This document shows, piece after piece, positions 47,509-58,188 of a stretch of 64,000 nucleotides of DNA (position 1 is the first letter of the stretch; each line of letters starts with the position of its first letter). The notes under the pieces are model-generated. The model searched no databases and was not told the origin of the DNA. It saw only the letters and a list, made by a program, of their open reading frames with translations. A program made the translations under genes and the position numbers. The stretch lies in the sequence record MZ475898.1, one strand, 5' to 3'.

Positions 47509-48654
47509 ATGACTAATTCATCTCTGCCTTTCGTTTCTTGGTTCGAACGTGACAACTACTTCGATGACATGATTGAGCGTCTCGACCTCAAACGTCTCTG
47601 GGGATATGTTGAAAAGAACAACGTGGTCAACAAGACTAAATACAATCTGCCTAACCTCACTGCCTACCACACTACCGAGCACATGAAAGAAGTTGCGTGC
47701 ATCGCGTCCTCCCTACTGCACCGCGAGTCGAACCACGACTGGCAGATTCGTCTGATGGAATATCCGTTAGTCGTCGCGTGCCTCTTCCACGATATGAATC
47801 ACAGTTTGGGTAAATACACGGATGACGTGAACATCAACCATGCGCTCGTTGCGTTTAATGATTATCTCAATAGCAAAGATGAGAATCAGGGCAACGACAA
47901 GCTGCTGTTTGAATATCACGATCAGATCTGTGCGTTGATTCGTTGCACTCAATTCCCGTTCCATGAATCACGTAACCCAACTAACCTGATGGAACGCTGC
48001 ATTCGTGATGCGGACATTTTATACGGCCTGCAGGATGACGCAATGCCTGCTGTTGTGATTGGTCTACTGGATGAAGTGAACGTTCGTTTGGCTCCAGAAA
48101 GCAAATACTCCACAGCTCAGTGGGTAGCTGGTCGTATTGAGTTCCTGTTGTCGTGTGAGATGTTCACCGAAACTGCTAACAAAATCTTCTGCGATGCTCT
48201 TAGCACCAACAGCCCGAACTATCACGGTAATGTGCTGCAATCTTTCCTTGAGATGAAAGTGCGGCTGATCGATGTTCGTGCAGGTAAGCTACGTGGTGGT
48301 GATGTTATCTGGACAGACACAGAGAACGACTCAACCTATCGTCCACGCCAAATCAGAAACATCGGCAACGAAGCGCTGCCAGACGTTAACGTGTATTTCA
48401 CTGACGGTCAGGCTTGCGGCTATCGTAGCGGGGAGACCGTTCAGTTGCTGCCTAACACTGAGATGGTGAAGCTCGAAGACATTGTAGTTGGCGACATTAT
48501 TCTTGAGCCTGCACAGGGTGAAGTGAAGCGCGATCTGCATCGCATCGTAAACATCGCTAACGGTGGCCTGCATGAAAGCGTGCTCTATCTCGAAAATGGC
48601 GGTGTGTTTACGTCAGCGCCCAAAGGCCGTGTCTGTCGTGTAGTCAGCAAATAA
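47509..48654 (+). CDS. HD-domain phosphohydrolase fused to two small beta-rich repeats
   Basis: YHTTEH, LFHDMNH, IRDAD; C-terminal KLRGGDVI / DIVVGDII repeats. Confidence 0.8.
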   Translation: MTNSSLPFVSWFERDNYFDDMIERLDLKRLWGYVEKNNVVNKTKYNLPNLTAYHTTEHMKEVACIASSLLHRESNHDWQIRLMEYPLVVACLFHDMNHSLGKYTDDVNINHALVAFNDYLNSKDENQGNDKLLFEYHDQICALIRCTQFPFHESRNPTNLMERCIRDADILYGLQDDAMPAVVIGLLDEVNVRLAPESKYSTAQWVAGRIEFLLSCEMFTETANKIFCDALSTNSPNYHGNVLQSFLEMKVRLIDVRAGKLRGGDVIWTDTENDSTYRPRQIRNIGNEALPDVNVYFTDGQACGYRSGETVQLLPNTEMVKLEDIVVGDIILEPAQGEVKRDLHRIVNIANGGLHESVLYLENGGVFTSAPKGRVCRVVSK

Positions 48655-48656
48655 CT

Positions 48657-48699
48657 GGACGAAATAAGGCTACTCTGCTTAGGCTGCTTATGCTATAAT
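48657..48699 (+). promoter_or_regulatory. Early-type promoter (GGACGAAA, 29 nt, TATAAT with TG extension)
   Basis: 11-copy motif. Confidence 0.8.
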
Positions 48700-48741
48700 A
48701 TGCGTGAGCAGTCATTTATCATATTCTCAAGGGAGAAACGT

Positions 48742-49416
48742 ATGTACAGATCATTCAATCCAGATATGACAGGCAAGTTTTTCGTAATCGAACACAGCTT
48801 TAAAATTCAAAACATCTTTTGGATGGGCTTCAAAACGATTGATGGCAGAGAAATCATTTTGCCTATTCCTGCACGTGACGCACAGAGTGGTTATCGTGTT
48901 GGCCGAGAAGCGGCCTTCCCTGTAATTCGCTCCAACATTAATACGAACGCTGACCCAGATTCAGACGTCTTGTTCGAACATACGGTAGGCATCTTGCATA
49001 TGCGAGCACGCCGTTTCGAAACTCAGATCATGACGCGCACTGCCGTCTCTTATACTGGCTTGCTGCCTGACGTCCGTATGGCAAAAGAGGGCGAGCGCTA
49101 TGTTACGCCTCTTAATTCGTTTGAAGGTCCTCTTATTCCTGCACTGAGTCGTCGTCTTACTCATTTCTGCGAAGAAACGCCGATGCTGCACAGTTCTTTC
49201 CTTGAGACGTTCTCTGACGAAGAGTGGTCGAAACTGAAAGCCGCACCTGTATCAATCAATGATTGGCATAGTGTTTCTAACTCTATTCGTGAGGGTAAGC
49301 TAAAGCCTACAGTTAATATCCCAGACTTCTATCTGTCTACCCGTAAAGAAGATACGACAATACCGTCAGACGTTATCGAATATTACGCCGAAGCTAACGC
49401 ACGAGGTGACATATAG
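48742..49416 (+). CDS. Hypothetical protein
   Basis: GGGAG RBS before MYRSF. Confidence 0.7.
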   Translation: MYRSFNPDMTGKFFVIEHSFKIQNIFWMGFKTIDGREIILPIPARDAQSGYRVGREAAFPVIRSNINTNADPDSDVLFEHTVGILHMRARRFETQIMTRTAVSYTGLLPDVRMAKEGERYVTPLNSFEGPLIPALSRRLTHFCEETPMLHSSFLETFSDEEWSKLKAAPVSINDWHSVSNSIREGKLKPTVNIPDFYLSTRKEDTTIPSDVIEYYAEANARGDI

Positions 49417-49649
49417 TGAGCAACGTCATTCATCAAACGTCCGAGACTGTCTTCTACGTTCTCGGTGCTGTAACCCTTTTGGCTCACCTTGTGGGCTTCG
49501 TTAAGAACTGGCTAAAGATTCATGAGATGCGCCAGAAGCGCCGCGACAAACTCGCAAAAGCTAAAACTCCGCACGAAAAGATGCAACGCCGTCTGGGCAA
49601 AGCTCGGCGCGATGCTCTGCTTTATAAACCTCGCAAAGTAAGGAATTGA
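49416..49649 (+). CDS. Small protein with one TM segment and basic tail
   Basis: GTG start coupled to the previous stop. Confidence 0.6.
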   Translation: MSNVIHQTSETVFYVLGAVTLLAHLVGFVKNWLKIHEMRQKRRDKLAKAKTPHEKMQRRLGKARRDALLYKPRKVRN

Positions 49650-49651
49650 TT

Positions 49652-49954
49652 ATGTCTTCTGATTTACGCCGCAAGCTCATGGCTGTGCTTGACAAGATGT
49701 TTGAGCACAAGTCTGAAAACAATCTCGCAGACGACACGGCCTACTCCGTACCTCGTTCTGAGTTCTCTATGATTGCACCTGAGAGTGCTGCTGAGAAATG
49801 CGCGGTCATTACCGAGATGCTGCGTGATGGCCACATCATCAATCTGTACGGCCCGTATGCTGTTACTGTCAGTCGTGACAGTGAAGGCCAACAGGTGTTT
49901 GTGTTCGTCCGCGTTCCAGACTATCAAGACATTGTTGCTGTGGAGAAACTGTGA
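49652..49954 (+). CDS. Hypothetical protein
   Basis: AAGGA RBS. Confidence 0.7.
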   Translation: MSSDLRRKLMAVLDKMFEHKSENNLADDTAYSVPRSEFSMIAPESAAEKCAVITEMLRDGHIINLYGPYAVTVSRDSEGQQVFVFVRVPDYQDIVAVEKL

Positions 49955-50502
49955 TGGAACAGATCGACATGTTCTACCAAGATCAGCCTCAGCAAACAAC
50001 AACGCGTGCTGAATACTATAACCCGCATATCTCAGAAGAAGATCGTCTTCGCCAGTGGCGTTATGTGCAAGCTGCATTCGGGGGCGGTCCTGCAGGTAGT
50101 CCTATTCGCATCGAGAAGATGCCGAAAGACATTACCAACATTCATGAGTTCATCATTGTACCTAACGAGAAACAGCGTAAGGAAATGAAGGAACTCATGG
50201 GCGATCCCGAAGACCCGTCCGACCAGAAGTATCTGACGATGCTGTACACGTACACGACAAAAGTCGGTATGATGGTACGCTCGTTCCAAGAGCTGGCTGA
50301 ACGTGGTGGCCCTATGGGTTGTCTCAACGTGTTCACTACAACGAACATCTATGAGTCTCGTCTGCTTGTGTTCTGGAATAAGAATCCTCTCGAAGACCAA
50401 GAGGAGTACACACAGTGGCTTGACCACATTCGCGGCAACTTCAACAAGAAGTCCCGACGCTTCTACGAGATTTCCTCAGAGCGTGAACTTTACTCAGCAT
50501 AA
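49954..50502 (+). CDS. Hypothetical protein
   Basis: GGAG RBS; TGATG coupling. Confidence 0.72.
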   Translation: MEQIDMFYQDQPQQTTTRAEYYNPHISEEDRLRQWRYVQAAFGGGPAGSPIRIEKMPKDITNIHEFIIVPNEKQRKEMKELMGDPEDPSDQKYLTMLYTYTTKVGMMVRSFQELAERGGPMGCLNVFTTTNIYESRLLVFWNKNPLEDQEEYTQWLDHIRGNFNKKSRRFYEISSERELYSA

Positions 50503-50539
50503 TTCATTTTGGCCTTGCGGGGCCAATTAGGAGAACATC

Positions 50540-51925
50540 ATGATTTTCGATCTGCGCAAAAGTTTGGCCATGGTTCGTACCGTAATCGATGACCAAGTAA
50601 TCTATAACTTCTACAACATGATTGGCCGCGATATGCAATTGCCCGGTACTACTCTCAAAGAGATTATCGACGTGCAGCGTAAGGGCGAACTGTCCACCTG
50701 CATCATGTGGGGTACTCAGAAGATGGAGTATCGCACACTCAGATTCGATGAGCGTGGTGATCTCCTCTTAGACGTGACCGTTGGTCCGCATTGCTACGCA
50801 CGGCTTTCTTACGATCAGATTGAACACTATGGGCGCAAAGAGTTTAAGATTATTAACTGCATCGAGATTGATAGCTACCTAGCCCGTGACATTAGAGCGC
50901 ATCTCCGTGCAGTAGGTCAGACTGAGCCTAAGCTCGAATGGTATGACAACATATCGGATGATGAACTAAAGGACGCGCTCCTTTCTATCGGTTACATGGG
51001 ACCTCTGGCGTATGAAGGTAAATCTCGTAACCAGTTAGAGGATATGTTTGAGAAATTCCAGCGTAAGCACGATGCAGAATACAAATATACGCACGCGCAT
51101 ATTGGCATAGACCCAGACGAAAAGCTGCCTGCTGATCTGTACGAAGATGAGGCCCGCTCAATCACTCGTCGTTCGTTTGCTCCTCAGAAGACTGTCGATA
51201 TGATGATCACTGAGATCTCAAACGTGATGCGCATGTTCGATATCTGGGACTCAGCGCCGACCTCTGAGACGCATGAGTGGTCAATGCAAGAGGCGTACAT
51301 GGCCTTCTATAACAGCTTAGTGATTGATAGCGATGGCAGCCGTCTGCGTGAACTGAAAGATAATCCACAGTTCGCTATCAACTTCATCTACGGCATGGCG
51401 GCTGACCTGAACTGGATTCACATCAATGAAATGACCGAAGACTATCGTGGCTCGGTTGTGAATCGCATCCTGCAGGAGATTGCTGTTGAGATCAGCACCT
51501 CTGATGATTACTGCACGACGGAGCACGGCATTGCTCTTATTCAGAAAGAAATAGAAGAGGAAGAGGAGGATGCTTCTGAGCCTGTCTCCATCGAAAAGAA
51601 AAAGAAGAAAGGCTTCCCGGATATTCGTTCAGTAGAAGAGGTGAACTATGACACACTGCATATCATCGAGACTACATACGCGATGCCCAAGCAGCCTAAG
51701 CTGCGCACTAAGCTAGACGTACTGCAATCTCGTGAGTGCTATCTTGAGCACTTCTTCGGTTGTTTGAAAGAAAATGATTGGCATAGATTACACAATATCA
51801 CTAATCTTGACCTGCGTCGTATTGTCGGTGCTGTGACAAACTCTAATGGCGGTAGATTCAGTCACAACGCCCTGTTAAACATAATTAAACGTGCAGCTAA
51901 GAAACTGGCTGCTACTGAGTTCTAA
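50540..51925 (+). CDS. Hypothetical protein with a HeH-like module and acidic tract
   Basis: AGGAG RBS; DNISDDELKDALLSIGY...KSRNQLEDMF. Confidence 0.8.
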   Translation: MIFDLRKSLAMVRTVIDDQVIYNFYNMIGRDMQLPGTTLKEIIDVQRKGELSTCIMWGTQKMEYRTLRFDERGDLLLDVTVGPHCYARLSYDQIEHYGRKEFKIINCIEIDSYLARDIRAHLRAVGQTEPKLEWYDNISDDELKDALLSIGYMGPLAYEGKSRNQLEDMFEKFQRKHDAEYKYTHAHIGIDPDEKLPADLYEDEARSITRRSFAPQKTVDMMITEISNVMRMFDIWDSAPTSETHEWSMQEAYMAFYNSLVIDSDGSRLRELKDNPQFAINFIYGMAADLNWIHINEMTEDYRGSVVNRILQEIAVEISTSDDYCTTEHGIALIQKEIEEEEEDASEPVSIEKKKKKGFPDIRSVEEVNYDTLHIIETTYAMPKQPKLRTKLDVLQSRECYLEHFFGCLKENDWHRLHNITNLDLRRIVGAVTNSNGGRFSHNALLNIIKRAAKKLAATEF

Positions 51926-51959
51926 TCCACTATTATACCTAACATTGTAGGGAACCAAA

Positions 51960-52382
51960 ATGAATTTCAATCCAAACATCATTGTTGTTGATCGTGTTGT
52001 TGTCATGGCCACCAAAGAGACCACAGACAAGTGGGCCGTGGCGGCTAAGCAAGATCGTGACAACGCGCAGTTCGGTATGGCTTTATTGCACGCGGAGCTT
52101 CAACGTAAAATCAGTAGCACGCTGCGTAACGCCAACCCTGAATCGATGTTCCGTCCAGAAATGTTCTGGGCAGACTACGGCCCACTTACAGTTAGCGGCT
52201 TCATGTACATTGAGAGCAGCGCGGACGAAGAGGTGTTGAATCAGGCCGATGACCGCGATTACCTGTGTCATCTCGAAGCGATCAAAAACATCGCCGCATC
52301 TATGGGACACAACGTTGTTATTCAGCGCGTGAAAGCCCAGTTCCCTATTGTCGATACTCGCATACCTGTTGCTTATGCCTGA
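51960..52382 (+). CDS. Hypothetical protein
   Basis: AGGGA RBS. Confidence 0.7.
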   Translation: MNFNPNIIVVDRVVVMATKETTDKWAVAAKQDRDNAQFGMALLHAELQRKISSTLRNANPESMFRPEMFWADYGPLTVSGFMYIESSADEEVLNQADDRDYLCHLEAIKNIAASMGHNVVIQRVKAQFPIVDTRIPVAYA

Positions 52383-52392
52383 GAGGTGACCT

Positions 52393-52689
52393 ATGTCTGA
52401 ACAAGCTCAATTGCCTGGCCAAGTCGTTATCGTTTGTGTTATGCAGGAATCTGATTCTTTCATGGGCCAGAAGTTTGATGGCTATGTGTACTTGCTCAAC
52501 CTCGAACACAAAGCGATGTTTGAGCGTCACCTGCAGGCGCACAAGAGCCGTGAAAACTACTCACGCATTATCACCCACGCTAATCACTATATAACTAGCA
52601 CGGGCTTCGATGCGCTTCATGCTGCTATACGCAAAGACGCAAACAGACCCTGGCTGTGGTCAGATACTGACTACACGATAACTGCATAA
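52393..52689 (+). CDS. Hypothetical protein
   Basis: GAGG RBS. Confidence 0.7.
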   Translation: MSEQAQLPGQVVIVCVMQESDSFMGQKFDGYVYLLNLEHKAMFERHLQAHKSRENYSRIITHANHYITSTGFDALHAAIRKDANRPWLWSDTDYTITA

Positions 52690-52693
52690 ATCT

Positions 52694-52736
52694 GGACAAA
52701 ATAGAGGTAGCTAGAAAAAGCTGCCCCTGATATACT
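52694..52736 (+). promoter_or_regulatory. Early-type promoter (GGACAAAA, 29 nt, TATACT with TG extension)
   Basis: 11-copy motif; AGCGTAGC/GCTGCGCT hairpin follows. Confidence 0.8.
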
Positions 52737-52790
52737 TAAAAGCGTAGCTTGTGCTGCGCTTTTTTACTTTCTGTCTGAGGAGACAACGAA

Positions 52791-53246
52791 ATGAAACCAA
52801 TCAAAGCAACTGAGGCTGACAAAGCGCTTCAAAACGAATGTATGGATGCTGTTGCTCAGTGTATTATCCTGAACACGCCTGACTGGCGAGATGTAGCGAT
52901 TGCAGGTTTGCGCCTGTATCTGGTTGCATCGAGTATGAGCGGTGCGGAACTTCCATGTATGCAGTTCGAACACAACGGCAAGCCTTGTCGTTTGTCGTTT
53001 AAGATGAACGTTGTCGATGAAGGCGAAGACTTCACTCCAAACGAAGTCAACCAAGCGCACCAACAAGAAATGGTCGAATGCATTCTTGCTAAGACCGAAG
53101 CTCTTGGCGGTTACAGTTACTTTGATTTGTTCATTTGTGCAGGACGCCTGTTTATGATTGGCTTCGACGGTATGGCCGACACCGTTCCTGCTCTGATGTT
53201 CCGCTCAGACAAAAAGAACTACCGTGTTAACTTGATCAACGGATAA
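52791..53246 (+). CDS. Hypothetical protein
   Basis: GAGGAG RBS; contains two similar ECMDAVAQCI / EMVECILAK segments. Confidence 0.75.
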   Translation: MKPIKATEADKALQNECMDAVAQCIILNTPDWRDVAIAGLRLYLVASSMSGAELPCMQFEHNGKPCRLSFKMNVVDEGEDFTPNEVNQAHQQEMVECILAKTEALGGYSYFDLFICAGRLFMIGFDGMADTVPALMFRSDKKNYRVNLING

Positions 53247-53249
53247 GCT

Positions 53250-53432
53250 GTGAAGACCACCAACGACCTGATTAAAGAATTAAAGCAACATCGTGTTATC
53301 ATCATTGAAGAACACGACAAGCATATTCTGCCTGACCTGACATTCGCCCTGAGTTGCTTGTGCATCGATCATACTAAACGTGTGGTCGAAACAAAGCGTA
53401 GTGCTCAGGCAACCAAAATCAAACTCGCATGA
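53250..53432 (+). CDS. Hypothetical protein
   Basis: GTG start; fills the gap between genes. Confidence 0.5.
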   Translation: MKTTNDLIKELKQHRVIIIEEHDKHILPDLTFALSCLCIDHTKRVVETKRSAQATKIKLA

Positions 53433-53439
53433 GGTTACT

Positions 53440-53877
53440 ATGAAATTTGATCAAGCACCAACGAAAGCACAACTCGTACTGCTGGCCCTCGCGCTTGAAT
53501 CCGTTCTCCTCTCTATGGAGAAAACGTTTATCAACCGTAATCTGCTGGAGCAGTTACTTGCGAAGTACGGCATCTCGTTTAACGATCTGAAAGAGTTGCG
53601 AGAGTACGGCGAAAAGCATTCCGCCATCGGTACCAGCGTTGCTCAAGTTATGGAGATAGCTGCCTTGCATGTGGCTCATCTGAAAACAGAACCTGTGCCT
53701 GAATACAGTCAAGACGACCTTGATCTAATTCGCGTAGAATACGAGCCAATCGATACGTCTGTCCTGCGCCAGGGCGCTGTGAATGATGGGGTTATCACAG
53801 TGCAGCAAGCAGCCGCTTTTGAGCGCGATCAGATACTGACTGCTATTCTTGAGTACCGACTGCGCTCAGAAGCATAA
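53440..53877 (+). CDS. Hypothetical protein
   Basis: GAGG RBS before MKFDQ. Confidence 0.72.
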   Translation: MKFDQAPTKAQLVLLALALESVLLSMEKTFINRNLLEQLLAKYGISFNDLKELREYGEKHSAIGTSVAQVMEIAALHVAHLKTEPVPEYSQDDLDLIRVEYEPIDTSVLRQGAVNDGVITVQQAAAFERDQILTAILEYRLRSEA

Positions 53878-53881
53878 ATCT

Positions 53882-53924
53882 GGACAAAATCGTGGTTGTA
53901 GCAAAAACCGTCCTATGTTATAAT
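53882..53924 (+). promoter_or_regulatory. Early-type promoter (GGACAAAA, 29 nt, TATAAT with TG extension)
   Basis: 11-copy motif. Confidence 0.82.
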
Positions 53925-53981
53925 AGAGATGTAGCGTAGACGTGAGGTATGCGCTATAAATTGAATGACGCGTTTTTGCTT

Positions 53982-54115
53982 GACTGTAAGGTAGCGGTAT
54001 CTTACAGTCCTTTTTCAAGTGGCTTCGAAGTTTGAGGCTTCTTGCGAAAGGTCAAATGTACCTTTGAGCGTTTTCGGATTTACGCGGTTTTCACCGACTG
54101 CGCTCTCACTTTAAA
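53982..54115 (+). ncRNA. Structured leader RNA, copy 1 (P1 plus P2 with multibranch insertion)
   Basis: GACTGTAAG/CTTACAGTC stem, then TTTTCAAGTG...CACTTTAAA enclosing three hairpins. Confidence 0.55.
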
Positions 54116-54133
54116 CCGCAAAGGAAATACATC

Positions 54134-54955
54134 ATGCCAGAAGCACGCAAACCTCGCCCAGCTGATCGTTTCGCTAAAGCCCGTGCAGAGAAAAACTCAC
54201 CGGAGCGTCAAGATGCGGCAGCCCAGCGCACGTATAAAGACACTCCGCCTAAATCTGTTCAGGTGAAACTTGATGCTGTGGCAGCTTCTAAGAAGAAAGT
54301 TTCACGCGGCCCCAAGGCATCTCGTCCGCGTCAGTCGCCTGTTGTTGACGCAGCACCAAAGCCTCGCATTCGTGATGAGGAACGTGTGTACAATCTCGTA
54401 CACATGATTCTCTCTGCGTGGAAAGCCGATGCAGAAAACGCGGCGGTAAGTGTGGGAATCATTAAAGTGTCTCGCCGTAAGATCGAGGGTGCGTTACGCG
54501 ATCTCAAGAATACGCGCTTCACTAAAATCCCAGGCTTAATCAATGACGTGCTTGTCTACAATGAACTGGTAGCTGAGTTCGGACAGTGGGTGTACGTCGA
54601 GCACGACAGTCCTGATTGGATTTTTGTGCGCCTGCCTGAAAACAGCACGCCTGTGATTCGCGCTGACATTAGTTACGCCAAGACGGGTGAAACTTCCACG
54701 TCTGTTTCGACTTCTAGTGAAGTTCTGCTGAAAGATCTTAGCGAAGACGAAGAAGATGAGATCCCCGATAATGTCGAGTACGACGATGCGGACGAGACTG
54801 ACGAAGACGAAGCTGAGCCGTATGACTACAGCGCTTGGTCGCTGAGTGACCTGCAGGCTTATGCAAAGCGTTATGACTTCCTGCAGCCCGACACTGAGGG
54901 GTTCGATGATCGCGAGAAGTTGATAGCAGCCATCGAGCTGGGGGAACAGCACTAA
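54134..54955 (+). CDS. Dipolar protein: basic N-terminus, acidic C-terminus with a HeH-like module
   Basis: AAGGA RBS; DYSAWSLSDLQAYAKRY...DREKLIAAI. Confidence 0.8.
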   Translation: MPEARKPRPADRFAKARAEKNSPERQDAAAQRTYKDTPPKSVQVKLDAVAASKKKVSRGPKASRPRQSPVVDAAPKPRIRDEERVYNLVHMILSAWKADAENAAVSVGIIKVSRRKIEGALRDLKNTRFTKIPGLINDVLVYNELVAEFGQWVYVEHDSPDWIFVRLPENSTPVIRADISYAKTGETSTSVSTSSEVLLKDLSEDEEDEIPDNVEYDDADETDEDEAEPYDYSAWSLSDLQAYAKRYDFLQPDTEGFDDREKLIAAIELGEQH

Positions 54956-54965
54956 GCACAAATAT

Positions 54966-55009
54966 GGACAAAATAGTGGTAGTATCTAAAGCATGACCTG
55001 TGCTACACT
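54966..55009 (+). promoter_or_regulatory. Early-type promoter (GGACAAAA, 30 nt, TACACT with TG extension)
   Basis: 11-copy motif; no ORF before the next promoter. Confidence 0.75.
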
Positions 55010-55035
55010 ATAGATCGAATGCCTTGTAGTTTTTT

Positions 55036-55100
55036 GACTGTGAGTTACTTTCCGGCTCACAGTCCTTTTTAAAGTGCTCTCACAAGAACGCTTTAAAAAG
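55036..55100 (+). ncRNA. Structured RNA, copy 2 (P1 plus P2)
   Basis: GACTGTGAG/CTCACAGTC and CTTTTTAAAGTG/CGCTTTAAAAAG; compensatory change relative to copy 1. Confidence 0.55.
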
Positions 55101-55138
55101 CACAGACTGCCTGCGCTTTTGATAGACAGCATAAATCT

Positions 55139-55181
55139 GGACAAAATCATGGTTGTATCAGAATGCTGCCTGTCATACACT
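55139..55181 (+). promoter_or_regulatory. Early-type promoter (GGACAAAA, 29 nt, TACACT)
   Basis: 11-copy motif; CGAGCA/TGCTCG hairpin follows. Confidence 0.75.
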
Positions 55182-55242
55182 TTAATGAGTCGAGCAATAG
55201 TGCTCGCAACAAACTAAATCCCAATACTGAGGAGTATTACAC

Positions 55243-56850
<1,608 letters not shown>

Positions 56851-56925
56851 GTAACCTGTAGTTCTGAATACATGCGGCTCGAAAGGGCCGCACACTGACA
56901 ACAAAGTTGATTGAGGAATCACATT

Positions 56926-58188
56926 ATGTCAAACGCAAATAAAACTCTGCTTAACGCTCGTGTACGTCTGTCCACTGGCACAACTACTTTCATCAACAAG
57001 ATTAACGCGAACGGCTACGGCATCGATGCTAAGGGCCCACAGATTTCTGTGAAGCGTCTTGTTATTGCAGGCAAAATGCTCAAAGAGCTGGCTGAGCCGC
57101 TGCCGCAAGGTGAATACGTTGTGCTGAACGGCGTCACTGTGAAACTGAACAAGCGCCAGCAACGTGAGCTTGCAGAGAAAACGCTCGACACTAAAGCGCT
57201 GCTGCCTGATTTAAGCAAGCTGACCTACGTTGACCCGCAGACAGGCAAAGTCACTGATTCAAAAGTGAAGGCGCCTAAAGCTGGCGCGAAAGCAAGTCTG
57301 AAAGCAACGCGTGAGCACAACAAAGAGCCGAAGCGTAGTCGCAAACAGCACAAAGCTGAAACGAACGATCTCAAAGACAGTCTGGACATTATCGACGAAC
57401 GCAAATCACCGAAAGCGTCTCTGATTGAACGTCTGGATGCAGCAATCGCCGAAGCGAAAACGAAAGCACGCCGTAAGCTGTTAGCCGAAACGTTCGACAT
57501 GGACTGGGCTGATATTAAAAAGCATGGCGGTGCAGGTATCGTTAAGCAGCATGGCCGCAAGAACGCCCAGAAGTTTATTGATCGTCAGACAGTGCAGGTC
57601 GATAGCACAACGTTCATCAAACAAATGCCAGCGCCGCTCAAGCGTCTTATTCAGGACACTGAGTTGCGTCTCAATCAAAAGCAGATTGAGCAAGTGCTTG
57701 GTGCGCTGGGGCTTGATACGCAATTCTACGCAGTCGCCGTGCAAGAGCTGCTGGGCAAACTCAAACTGTCCATAGGCGGCCGCGTGATCGAAGGCGAAGT
57801 TGTTCGAAAGGAGAACACGCCGAAGCCAAAAAGGTTCGTACACGCTGAGGCGCAATACGCAGATAAGAAAGAAGCGAAACGCCGCGTAAGCAAAATGAAA
57901 TACGCGCTGCTGATTCCGCCTACGAAAGGTCTGCCTGCGTTACGCATTCATCAGGCAGAGGCAAAGCAGTCACTCGCCGTTATGCTGCACCTGAAGCCTG
58001 GGAACATCAAGCGTGGTCTGCTTGCGTATGACAACAAAGGCCGTGAGTATATGTATGTCGCTTGCGATATGACGGGCCCTGTGTTCATCGATAAAGATAG
58101 CAACGAGCTGGCGTTCACGTATGCCAATCTGATCGATAACTTCAAACTCAAAGCGCAGCCTGTGTCTGAACTGGACGTGGCCGTATGA
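56926..58188 (+). CDS. Basic protein paralogous in part to 55243..56850
   Basis: GAGGA RBS before MSNAN; shared N-terminal domain pattern. Confidence 0.8.
   Translation: MSNANKTLLNARVRLSTGTTTFINKINANGYGIDAKGPQISVKRLVIAGKMLKELAEPLPQGEYVVLNGVTVKLNKRQQRELAEKTLDTKALLPDLSKLTYVDPQTGKVTDSKVKAPKAGAKASLKATREHNKEPKRSRKQHKAETNDLKDSLDIIDERKSPKASLIERLDAAIAEAKTKARRKLLAETFDMDWADIKKHGGAGIVKQHGRKNAQKFIDRQTVQVDSTTFIKQMPAPLKRLIQDTELRLNQKQIEQVLGALGLDTQFYAVAVQELLGKLKLSIGGRVIEGEVVRKENTPKPKRFVHAEAQYADKKEAKRRVSKMKYALLIPPTKGLPALRIHQAEAKQSLAVMLHLKPGNIKRGLLAYDNKGREYMYVACDMTGPVFIDKDSNELAFTYANLIDNFKLKAQPVSELDVAV

Noticed and set aside
48250-48654. C-terminus of the HD protein as a possible intein/Hint domain (L-x-x-GD-x-I motifs)
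   Set aside because: No N-terminal Cys/Ser block A, no terminal HN, and no extein continuation.
54016-54115. Cloverleaf-like fold considered as a tRNA
   Set aside because: No TTC/T-loop consensus, no CCA, and the anticodon-like loop lacks U33; treated as part of the structured leader.
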